A stretch of DNA of 64,000 bases. Source: Candidatus Eiseniibacteriota bacterium. GTDB lineage: Bacteria; Eisenbacteria; RBG-16-71-46. The DNA is taken from NCBI GenBank assembly GCA_963725865.1, contig CAVSAC010000010.1:992001-1056000 (forward strand), read 5' to 3'. The notes beneath the pieces were generated by a model. That model worked only from the letters and a program-made list of their open reading frames with translations. It was not told where the DNA came from and ran no database searches. Made by a program: the position numbers and the translations under genes. This document shows, in pieces, positions 56,169-64,000 of this stretch; position 1 is the stretch's first letter, and every line of letters begins with the position of its first letter.

Positions 56169-56419
56169 GACGGGGATCCTCGGTGGGACGAGAGCGATGG
56201 AGCCGCGCAGCGGGCGGCGGGAAGCTCGGACGCGGGGAGGCTAGGAGCGTCCCCCGCGCGCCGACAAGCGCCGCGGGACGAACGCGTGCGCGCGGGGCAC
56301 CGAGCGCGGCCGGCGGTGTTCCGGCGCGGTGCGTGGACGGCGCGCGGCGCGGGGCGTCGCGAGTGCGGGCACCGTGCGGGCAGCATCCGTGGCGCGCGGC
56401 GGCGGGGCGCCGCGGCGCG

Positions 56420-56908
56420 TCAGGGCTCGAGCGCGTTCTTGCCCGCGCGGATCCGCTCGACCAGGCGGCTGGTGCTGTGGCCCTCGCGCAGCGGGATGCT
56501 CAGCACGCGCCCGCCGCGGGCCTCGACCGACTCGCGCCCGACGATGCGATCGACCGCCCAGTCGCCACCCTTGACGAGCACGTCGGGCCGCACCTCCTCG
56601 ATCAGCCGCAGCGGCGTGTCCTCGTCGAAGATCACCACCAGGTCGACGCTGCGCAGCGCGGCGAGCACCGCCGCACGGTCGTCCGCGGCCACCAGCGGCC
56701 GGCTCGCGCCCTTCAGGCGGCGCACCGAGGCGTCGGAGTTCACGCCCACCACCAGCCGGTCGCCGAGCGCACGCGCGTCGCGCAGGTACTCGGCGTGGCC
56801 GCGGTGCATCAGGTCGAACACGCCGTTCGTGAACACGATCCGCTCGCCGGCCCGGCGCCAGTCGTCGAGGCGCGCACGCGCCTCGGCCGGCAGCGTGGTC
56901 GCGCTCAT
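56420..56908 (-). CDS. rfaE2: D-glycero-beta-D-manno-heptose 1-phosphate adenylyltransferase
   Basis: [33 protein letters not shown]. Confidence 0.93.
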   Translation of the reverse strand: MSATTLPAEARARLDDWRRAGERIVFTNGVFDLMHRGHAEYLRDARALGDRLVVGVNSDASVRRLKGASRPLVAADDRAAVLAALRSVDLVVIFDEDTPLRLIEEVRPDVLVKGGDWAVDRIVGRESVEARGGRVLSIPLREGHSTSRLVERIRAGKNALEP

Positions 56909-57906
56909 GCGTGGCGGTCCTCGAGCGAGGCCAGCAGTTGCTGGGGCGTGCACGCGGCGGTGCCCACCTCGCGGATCACCACGCCGGCGGCGTGGTTGGC
57001 GAGGTAGCAGGCGTTCGGGAAGTCGGCGCCCGCGGCGAGCGCGATCGCCACCACGCTCACCACCGTGTCGCCCGCGCCGGTGACGTCGAACACCTCGCGC
57101 GCCATGGTCGGCAGGTAGGTGTAGCGGCCGTCGCGCTCGAACAGGCTCATGCCCTGCGCGCCCCGCGTGACGAGCACCGCCTGCACGTCGAGCCGCTTCT
57201 GCAGGCCCCAGCCCACCTCCATCAGGCTCGCCTCGTCGGTGACGCGGACGCCCTGGACGAAGCCGGCCTCGTGCTGGTTCGGCGTCAGGATCGAGACCCC
57301 GCGGTAGGCGTCGATGTGGCTCTCCTTGGGATCGACGCTCACCGCCAGGCGATGCTTCCGCGCCACGCCGAGCGCGGCGTCGAGCGTGCGCGCGGTCACC
57401 ACGCCCTTGCCGTAGTCGCTCACGATCAGCCCCGCGCACTCCGGCAGCGCCCGTTCCAGCGCGGCGACCAGTGCCGCGAATCCCGCGCCCGCGAGGTCGG
57501 CGCGCGACTCGTGGTCGGCGCGCACCACCTGCTGAGCGTTCGCGATGACGCGCGTCTTCACCGTGGTCGGCCGGCTCGGGTCGGCCACCAGCCCGGCCAG
57601 GTCGACGCCGAGCGTCTCGAACGCGCCGCGCAGGCGCCCGCCGTTCTCGTCCTCGCCGACGACCCCGAACAGCACCGGCGTCGCACCGAGCGCGCGCAGG
57701 TTGGCCGCGACGTTGCCGGCGCCGCCGAGGCGGTCGCTCTCGCGCTCCACCTCGACCACCGGCACCGGCGCCTCGGGCGAGATGCGCTCGACGCGCCCCC
57801 ACAGGTAGCGGTCGAGCATGCAGTCGCCGAGCACCGCGATGCGGCGGCCGGCGAAGCGCGCGACGACGCCGCGCAGCGTCCCGAGATCGAATGTGGGAGT
57901 GCTCAT
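56905..57906 (-). CDS. rfaE1: D-glycero-beta-D-manno-heptose-7-phosphate kinase
   Basis: GD.MLD.Y..G...[24 protein letters not shown]. Confidence 0.94.
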   Translation of the reverse strand: MSTPTFDLGTLRGVVARFAGRRIAVLGDCMLDRYLWGRVERISPEAPVPVVEVERESDRLGGAGNVAANLRALGATPVLFGVVGEDENGGRLRGAFETLGVDLAGLVADPSRPTTVKTRVIANAQQVVRADHESRADLAGAGFAALVAALERALPECAGLIVSDYGKGVVTARTLDAALGVARKHRLAVSVDPKESHIDAYRGVSILTPNQHEAGFVQGVRVTDEASLMEVGWGLQKRLDVQAVLVTRGAQGMSLFERDGRYTYLPTMAREVFDVTGAGDTVVSVVAIALAAGADFPNACYLANHAAGVVIREVGTAACTPQQLLASLEDRHA

Positions 57907-57963
57907 CGGCGCGGCACGCTACCGCTTACGCGCAGGCCGCGCAACGGACGCGGCCGGTGCCGC

Positions 57964-58539
57964 TCAGGGCACCACGCTCCCGCTCCCGAAGTCGAAGCGC
58001 TGGCGGCACCACACGGCGACCGGGCGACCGGCGCGCTCCGCCGGGAAGAAGCGCATCGCGAACGCGCAGCGCCGGGCCGCGCGCACCAGCGCGGTGTCGC
58101 GCGCGCCGCTCGCCCACTCGACATCGGTCACCGCGCCAGTCTCGTCGACGTTGACGTCGAGCTCGATCTGGGCGGCCGCGGCGCCGGCCGGCACCCACAG
58201 CGGCGCCGCCTGTCGCAGGATCGGAGGCTTGAGTCCCGCGTCGACCGCGAACGCGGGCGGCACCGCGAACGCCGTCACCGCAGCGCTGTCGGGCGCGGGC
58301 TCCGGCACCGGCGGCGGCGGGAACGATGCGCGAGCGAGCGACACCCGTGCCGCCCAGACCCGCGCGGCGGGCGCGGGCGGCGGCACGTCGAGCGTGATGG
58401 TGCGGCCGGTGTCGGCGCGCACGTCCACCGCGAGCGGGAACGTGCGCCGCGGCGGCTCGCGCTCGGGAGCGCGACCGCAGCCGGACGCGAGCACCGCCAG
58501 CATGCACAGGGCGCCGCCAGCCAGCGGATGGAGCGACAT
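57964..58539 (-). CDS. TonB C-terminal domain lipoprotein
   Basis: Lipobox LASGC, Pro-rich linker, V.VDETG.V..RF.PA...GRPV. Confidence 0.7.
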   Translation of the reverse strand: MSLHPLAGGALCMLAVLASGCGRAPEREPPRRTFPLAVDVRADTGRTITLDVPPPAPAARVWAARVSLARASFPPPPVPEPAPDSAAVTAFAVPPAFAVDAGLKPPILRQAAPLWVPAGAAAAQIELDVNVDETGAVTDVEWASGARDTALVRAARRCAFAMRFFPAERAGRPVAVWCRQRFDFGSGSVVP

Positions 58540-58741
58540 GCGCGCGACGCTAACACGCGCGGGCAGACGCGCGTACCGGCCGCGCCGCGCGCGGCCGCGA
58601 AAGCGCCCGTCGGGCGCTTGTCGGCCCCCGGGCACGGGGCTAGAGTCGGGTCGTGGCCGGGGGCTCTCGAGTCGTGCGCCCGCGCCACCGGCGGCTGGAG
58701 GGACGCCCGGACCGCCGTGTCCATCCAACCTCGAGGTGTGC

Positions 58742-59755
58742 GTGGATTCGCGGCAGCGCGTGTGGGCGGCCTTGAAGGGCGAGCCCGTCGATCGGCCCCC
58801 GGTCTCGTTCTGGGGTCATTTCTACCATCGGGAATCGTCGGCCACCGAGCTGGTGCAGGCCACGCTCGAGTTCCAGCGCGAGCACCAGTGGGACTGGGTG
58901 AAGCTCAATCCGCGGAAGCACTACCACGTCGAGCCGTGGGGCGTGAGTTACCGCTACAGCGGGCGCGCTCACGAGAAGCCGGTGCTCGAGGCGTGGCCGG
59001 TGCACCAGGCCAGCGACTGGACCTCGATCACCGCGCGCCCGCACGACCGCGGCGCGCTCGGCGAGCAGCTCGAAGCCGTGCGCATGCTGCGGGCGGGGCT
59101 GCCGGCGGACGTGCCGTTCGTGCAGACGGTGTTCACGCCGCTGGCGATCCTCGGCGAGATGGTCCAGGAGCCCGGCGAGCTGCGCCTGCACATGCGCACC
59201 CATCCGAATGCGGTGCGCGGCGCGCTCGCGGCGGTGACCGCGACGTTCGAGGGCTACGTGCGCGACGTGCTCGCGGCCGGCGCCGACGGCATCTACCTGG
59301 CGACCGTGGACTGGGCCTCACGCGACCTGATGAGCCCCGAGGACCATCGCGAGTGGTCGCGGCCGTACGATCTGCGGCTGCTGGCGGCCGCGGCGTCCGC
59401 ACCGTTCAACGTGCTGCACGTGTGCAAGCGCCGGAACCTGCTGTTCGAATGCGCCGACTACCCGGTGGCGGCGTTCTCGTGGGCGGCCACCGATCCCCTC
59501 AATCCCACCCTCGCCGAGGGCCTGGCGCGGCTGCCGGGCGCGGTGATGGGGGGCATCACGCACGACGACTCGCTGCTGGGCGCGGACAGCCGCGAGGTGG
59601 TGGCCGAGTACCGCCGCGCACTCGAACAGACCGGTGGCCGGCGCTGGCTGGCGGCCCCCGGTTGCTCCATCCCCCCGGCGACGCCCGCCGCGCATTTGCG
59701 CGCGGTGCGCGAAGCCGTGGAATCCACGCGCCTCTCATCGGAGCGCGCTCTCTGA
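58742..59755 (+). CDS. Uroporphyrinogen decarboxylase/MtaA-CmuA superfamily protein
   Basis: RQRV..AL.GEPVDRPPV, GADGI, LHVC, MGG, APGCSIP. Confidence 0.85.
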   Translation: MDSRQRVWAALKGEPVDRPPVSFWGHFYHRESSATELVQATLEFQREHQWDWVKLNPRKHYHVEPWGVSYRYSGRAHEKPVLEAWPVHQASDWTSITARPHDRGALGEQLEAVRMLRAGLPADVPFVQTVFTPLAILGEMVQEPGELRLHMRTHPNAVRGALAAVTATFEGYVRDVLAAGADGIYLATVDWASRDLMSPEDHREWSRPYDLRLLAAAASAPFNVLHVCKRRNLLFECADYPVAAFSWAATDPLNPTLAEGLARLPGAVMGGITHDDSLLGADSREVVAEYRRALEQTGGRRWLAAPGCSIPPATPAAHLRAVREAVESTRLSSERAL

Positions 59756-59792
59756 CGTAGAGTTCGTCTCGGTCCCCCAAGGAGGTGCCGCG

Positions 59793-60389
59793 ATGAGATC
59801 TGCAGCGATCCTCATGGTCGCCATGCTGATGTGTGCGACGCTCGCCGCCGCTCAAGAAGGACCGAAGCGACCACCGCCGACGCCCCAGCCGGCGCCCACA
59901 CCGGAGACGGGGCAGCCCGAGAGTCCCGGCCGCGCCAGCATCAACGTCGCGGGCGACGCGTTCATCGGCGAGCTGGCTCCCGACTTCGAGCTCGATGGCT
60001 CGCAGGGGCAGCCCGTCCAGCTGTCGAAGCAGCGTGGCGACTGGGTGGTGATGGTGTTCGCCGAGCGGCGCACCGACCTGATGCAGCTGGCGAGCGTGGT
60101 GGCGGACCTCCGGCTGCTCGGCGGCAAGTTCGTCGGGATCTGCGACGAGAAGGCGCGCACGCTCGAGCATGCGCAGGAGCGCGACCCGCTGCCGTTCCAG
60201 GTGCTCGCGGATCCGACCGGCGAGGTGTCGGCGATGTACGGCTGCTACGACCACGTGCACAGCACGACCACTCCGGGGTTCTTCGTGCTCGATCGGCGCG
60301 GCACCGTGCGATTGACGGTGCTCGGACAGCCGGTGCCCGCGGCCGAGATCGTCAGCCTGACCAAGATCCCGATGGGCGCCACGCAATAG
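59793..60389 (+). CDS. Secreted AhpC/TSA redoxin-fold protein lacking the peroxidatic Cys
   Basis: Signal peptide, GELAPDFEL, LPFQVLAD..GEV..YG, FVLDRRG.VR. Confidence 0.8.
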   Translation: MRSAAILMVAMLMCATLAAAQEGPKRPPPTPQPAPTPETGQPESPGRASINVAGDAFIGELAPDFELDGSQGQPVQLSKQRGDWVVMVFAERRTDLMQLASVVADLRLLGGKFVGICDEKARTLEHAQERDPLPFQVLADPTGEVSAMYGCYDHVHSTTTPGFFVLDRRGTVRLTVLGQPVPAAEIVSLTKIPMGATQ

Positions 60390-60493
60390 CGCCCGGGGCA
60401 TTCCGCACGACGCGGCCCGCCGCTCCGAACGAGTGGCGGGCCGCGCGCGTCTGGCTGGAATGGCTTCCGGCCTCCCGGACCCGGCTCGACCCT

Positions 60494-60509
60494 CGGCATG
60501 CCGATTGCG
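60494..60509 (+). promoter_or_regulatory. Putative sigma54 promoter for the second redoxin gene
   Basis: CGGCAT-GCCGA-TTGCG, GG-N10-GC, about 60 bp upstream of the start. Confidence 0.5.
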
Positions 60510-60567
60510 GTCCTCCACCGGCTGCTTTGTCGAGACTCCGGACCGTCCCCGAGACTTGGAGGCTGAT

Positions 60568-61185
60568 GTGAGCTTCTCCGCATGGCTGACCGCCGTCACG
60601 CTGCTGGCGACGGTGCCCTATACGATGCACGACGGAGTGCCGAAGGGACGCCCGTCGATCGACGATCCCGCACGCACCACGGCGGCGGGCGCCAACACGC
60701 CGGAGCCGGGCGCCACACTGGTGACAGTCGGCGATCCGGCGCCCAACTTCTCGTACTTCGGGCTCGACGGCCGTGCCGGCCGGCTGCGCGATCTGCTCGC
60801 GCAGGGACCGGTCCTGCTGGTGTTCGGTGTCGGCGACGCCAACCTGCTCGACCTGCAGCGCGAGCGCGACGTCCTGTTCGGCATGGGCGTCGTGCCGGTG
60901 GCGATCGCCGATCGCCGCGCGGGCGCGACGCGCACCGCGAGCCAGCGGCTGGGGCTCACGTATCCGATCATCCCGGACCCGCGCGCGATCGCGGCGGCGC
61001 AGTTCAACGCGCTCGATCCGTCGACCCTGCACCCGATGCCGGCGTGGTTCGTGGTCGACCGCAACGGCCGCGTGCGTGCGCTCGGCCGCGGCTCGATGCC
61101 GCAGCGGCCGTGGGCCGACCTCGCGGCCTCCGCGCTGGGGATGCCGGCGCCCGGCAGTCCGCGCCCGGTCGGCAAGACGCGCTGA
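60568..61185 (+). CDS. Redoxin-fold protein with no cysteines
   Basis: VGDPAPNF, GPVLLVF, LTYPIIPD, FVVDRNGRVR; GGAGG RBS. Confidence 0.75.
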   Translation: MSFSAWLTAVTLLATVPYTMHDGVPKGRPSIDDPARTTAAGANTPEPGATLVTVGDPAPNFSYFGLDGRAGRLRDLLAQGPVLLVFGVGDANLLDLQRERDVLFGMGVVPVAIADRRAGATRTASQRLGLTYPIIPDPRAIAAAQFNALDPSTLHPMPAWFVVDRNGRVRALGRGSMPQRPWADLAASALGMPAPGSPRPVGKTR

Positions 61186-61202
61186 GCCGCCGAACATACG
61201 AA

Positions 61203-61233
61203 GGGGGCGCGGACCGCGCGGTCCGCGCCCCCC
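61203..61233. terminator. Hairpin between convergent genes (possible terminator)
   Basis: GGGGCGCGGACC-GCGC-GGTCCGCGCCCC. Confidence 0.5.
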
Positions 61234-61248
61234 TCGCATGCCGCCAGC

Positions 61249-63615
61249 TCAGGCCGCGCGCGCGGTGCGCCCGTGGCGCTCCAGGTTCTCGCCGAGCTGG
61301 CGGAGCACCCGTTCGACGTCCTCGATCGAGAACGGCTTGGCCATGACGTGATCGACGCCGTGCGCGATCGCGGCCCCGCTCTCGAGCTGGAAGCCCCAGC
61401 CGGTCACCAGCACCACCGCGACCTCGGGACGCTGCGACTTCACCGACAGCGCCAGGTCCCAGCCGTTCACCTCGGGCATCCCGAGATCGGAGAACACCGC
61501 GTCGAAGCGGTCGTTCTGGAAGGTCTCGAGCCCCGCGGCGCCGCCCAGCACCGGCACCACGTCCTGGCCCATCGCGCGCAGCAGGTCGGTGAGCACCGAG
61601 AGCACCGGCTCCTCGTCGTCGACCGCCAGCATGCGCAGGCGCGGGAGCGGTCCGATCAGCGTGGGCGGCACCTCGCGCGGCACGACCGCGCCGGCGGGGA
61701 ACGCGAGCATGAACTGGGTGCCGAAATTCGGCTCGCTGTCGACCGAGATGGTGCCGCGGTGGCGCGTCACGATGCCGTACGCGACCGACAGGCCGAGGCC
61801 GGTGCCTTTCACCTGCTTGGTCGTGAAGAACGGGTCGAACACGCGCGAGCGCGTGGCCTCGTCCATGCCGACGCCGTCGTCGCGGATGCGCACGTGGATG
61901 TCGGTCGGCCCGTCGATGGTGCTGATCCACAGATGGCCGCCCCACGGCATCGCGTCGACCGCGTTGAGCACCAGGTTGGTGAACACCTCGCGCAGCTCCG
62001 ACGCGTTGCCGGCGAGCGTGTGGGTGGCCCGCAGGTCGAGCTCCACGTCGACCGCGATGCCGCGGCGCTTGGCCCCCGCCTCCCACGCCGGCCGCGTGAG
62101 CTCGATGACCCCGAGCAGCACCTGGTTGACGTCGAGCGTCTCGAACGATTCGTCCTGGCGGACGCGCGTGAACTCCTGGACACGGCGCACCGTGTGCGCG
62201 CCGTCGAGCGCCGCCTGCTCGACCACCTGCAGCTGGCGGCGCACCTCGCCGTCACGCACGTCCTGCAGCAGGAGTTGGGTGCGGCCAAGGATCGCGGCGA
62301 GGATGTTGTTGAAGTCGTGCGCCACGCCGCCGGCCATCTCGCCGAGCGCGTTCAGCTTCGCCGACTGCACCAGCTGGGCCTGCGCCTCGCGCAGCTCGTC
62401 GAACGCTTTCTTCATGTCGTCGTAGAGCCGCGCGTTCGCGATCGCGGCGCTGCACTGCCCGGCGAACAGCGTCGCCAGCTCGAGGTCCTCCTCGAGGAAC
62501 GGGTGGCTGGTCTCGTTCACGCGCACCAGCGTGATCACGCCCACAACCTTGTCGCGGCCGAACAACGGCACGCACAGCAGCGAGCTCGACTCCGGCGGCG
62601 TGCCCGGGACCTGCACCGAGCGCGGATCGGCCTCGGCGTGGTTCACGATCTCGCCGCGCCCCGAGAGGGCCACAGTTCCGGTGATGCCCTGGCCGAGCTT
62701 GAGCCGCACCGCCATCATCTCGTCCTTGTACGACTCCACGTCGCAGGCGGCGGCGAACAGCTCCTGCGCCTCCTCGTCGTACAGGAACACCGTGCACTCG
62801 TCCGTTTGGATGACGGTACGCGACTGGCGCGCGATGGTGTCGAGGATGGTGTCGAGGTCGAGCGAGTTGACGACCGCGTGGCTGACCGCCAGCAGCGCGG
62901 CGAATTTCTCGCGCTGGCGCACCTCGCGCTGGAGCAGCTCCGAGAGCGAGGCGTCCGCCAGCGCCTCGGCGACGTGCGGCGACAGCGCTACGAACGCGCC
63001 GACGCGGCGCTCTCCGCGCTTGAACTCGACGCGCGAGGCCAGCAGGGTCTGCTCCGGCGCGCTCGCGAGCGCGCAGCGTACCAGGTGGAACGCCGCGTCG
63101 GTCCCCTCGCCCGCCGCCAGCGCGTGCAGCGCCGAGGCGCGGCACGAGGGCTCGAGCAGGTCGCCGAACGCGTGCCCCTCGACCTCCTCGCGCGGAACGC
63201 CGGCGAGCGCCAGGAACGCGCGATTGGCGAGCCGCACCTTCTGCTCGCCGTCCAGGTAGACGGTCGGCGAGGCGACGCACTCCACGAGCGGGCGCATGGT
63301 CTCGAGCACGCTGGTGAGCGCGTCGCCGTCCTCGACCGGCGAAGGCAGGTCGTCCGGCAGGAGCATCGCCAGCTCCGCGCGCGCGACCGCGGAGGCGGGG
63401 ACCCCGAGGCTCAGCCAGCGCCGCGCGGTCTCGCGCAGCACCCCGAAGGCGCGGATGTGCTCGGGGTGCTCGAGCGCGGCTTCGAAGCGCTCGAGGAGCC
63501 CAGCGACTTCCGACGCCGCCCATTCCGCACCCAGGGCAGGCGTGAGTTGACGACTGATCGCGTCGGCGAGGCGCAGTCGGTGCCTACGGACCAGCCGGAT
63601 GGCGGCGGCGGACAA
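61249..63615 (-). CDS. Hybrid sensor histidine kinase (PAS-GAF-HisKA-HATPase-REC)
   Basis: AHDFNN, NLVLNAVDAM, DDGVGM, PFFTTK..GTGLGL, C-terminal VDDE..SDLGMP. TTG start after GGAGGA. Confidence 0.92.
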   Translation of the reverse strand: MSAAAIRLVRRHRLRLADAISRQLTPALGAEWAASEVAGLLERFEAALEHPEHIRAFGVLRETARRWLSLGVPASAVARAELAMLLPDDLPSPVEDGDALTSVLETMRPLVECVASPTVYLDGEQKVRLANRAFLALAGVPREEVEGHAFGDLLEPSCRASALHALAAGEGTDAAFHLVRCALASAPEQTLLASRVEFKRGERRVGAFVALSPHVAEALADASLSELLQREVRQREKFAALLAVSHAVVNSLDLDTILDTIARQSRTVIQTDECTVFLYDEEAQELFAAACDVESYKDEMMAVRLKLGQGITGTVALSGRGEIVNHAEADPRSVQVPGTPPESSSLLCVPLFGRDKVVGVITLVRVNETSHPFLEEDLELATLFAGQCSAAIANARLYDDMKKAFDELREAQAQLVQSAKLNALGEMAGGVAHDFNNILAAILGRTQLLLQDVRDGEVRRQLQVVEQAALDGAHTVRRVQEFTRVRQDESFETLDVNQVLLGVIELTRPAWEAGAKRRGIAVDVELDLRATHTLAGNASELREVFTNLVLNAVDAMPWGGHLWISTIDGPTDIHVRIRDDGVGMDEATRSRVFDPFFTTKQVKGTGLGLSVAYGIVTRHRGTISVDSEPNFGTQFMLAFPAGAVVPREVPPTLIGPLPRLRMLAVDDEEPVLSVLTDLLRAMGQDVVPVLGGAAGLETFQNDRFDAVFSDLGMPEVNGWDLALSVKSQRPEVAVVLVTGWGFQLESGAAIAHGVDHVMAKPFSIEDVERVLRQLGENLERHGRTARAA

Positions 63616-63773
63616 TCCGATCTCCTCCGAGTGCCGGGGACACGGACCCTTCCTGGTCCGCACTCGGAACGGTTATCGACCCGACAACCCCCAGTCTTGA
63701 GCCGGGATGCGCGCTCGGAACCGGCCCGGCCCGCAGCCAGGCCGGCCACCGCCAGGACCCGCCAAGGCGGTCG

Positions 63774-63802
63774 TTGACGCGCGGCGCATGCGGCTCTACC
63801 GT
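63774..63802 (+). promoter_or_regulatory. sigma70 promoter upstream of the comM-like gene
   Basis: TTGACG-17 nt-TACCGT. Confidence 0.5.
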
Positions 63803-63919
63803 GCCGCGGTCGCCTGCGGCCGCCGCGCCCTTCGCGTGGCTGGACTCCGACGCCGAGCCCCCGCGACCCGCCCCCGCCCCAACACGGCTCCCGCGCACCC
63901 GCCCCCGCGCGAGGTCATC

Positions 63920-64000
63920 ATGCTGTGCCGCGTGCGCACCGCCGCGCTGTGGGGTCTCGAAGCGTTCCCGGTCGACTGCGAAGTGGACGTGGGCCCCGGC
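63920..64000 (+). CDS. YifB/ComM Mg-chelatase-like ATPase, N-terminus (partial)
   Basis: MLCRVRTAALWGLEAFPVDCEVDVGPG matches the ComM/ChlI N-terminus pattern; only 27 codons are visible. Confidence 0.7.
   Translation, partial: MLCRVRTAALWGLEAFPVDCEVDVGPG

Overview
High-GC bacterial chromosomal segment made up mostly of housekeeping genes. An SprA homologue, a T9SS-type C-terminal-domain protein and the gene order suggest an FCB-group diderm such as Ca. Eisenbacteria, but this is inference only. In order it carries: the start of an exopolysaccharide locus (wza, wzz-like, BY-kinase); rimP-nusA-infB-DUF503-rbfA-truB-ribF-rpsO-pnp-M16; a glutaminyl-cyclase-like M28 gene coupled to sprA; lptF/lptG; aroB-aroQ-accB-pilT-accC-comB; TPR-ECF sigma-anti-sigma-HtrA-like; a sigma54 activator; yceD-rpmF-plsX-fabH-fabD-fabG-acpP-fabF-rnc; ndk; sucCD; an aldehyde dehydrogenase; a T9SS cargo; a PD40-amidohydrolase; rfaE1/E2; two Cys-less redoxins; a hybrid kinase; and the start of comM. 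No tRNA, rRNA, CRISPR array or mobile element was seen. Several genes have indels that look like assembly errors. The best leads are: (1) an unannotated, highly structured RNA of about 300 nt directly downstream of the sigma54 activator, with its own sigma54 promoter, IHF/UAS-like sites and intrinsic terminator; (2) an RNase III converging on that RNA and carrying RNase E-like disordered and amphipathic appendages; (3) a structured, terminator-ended leader with dual sigma70/sigma54 promoters in front of the EPS operon; (4) a T9SS-like SprA plus glutaminyl cyclase module; (5) a catalytically dead HtrA in an ECF operon.
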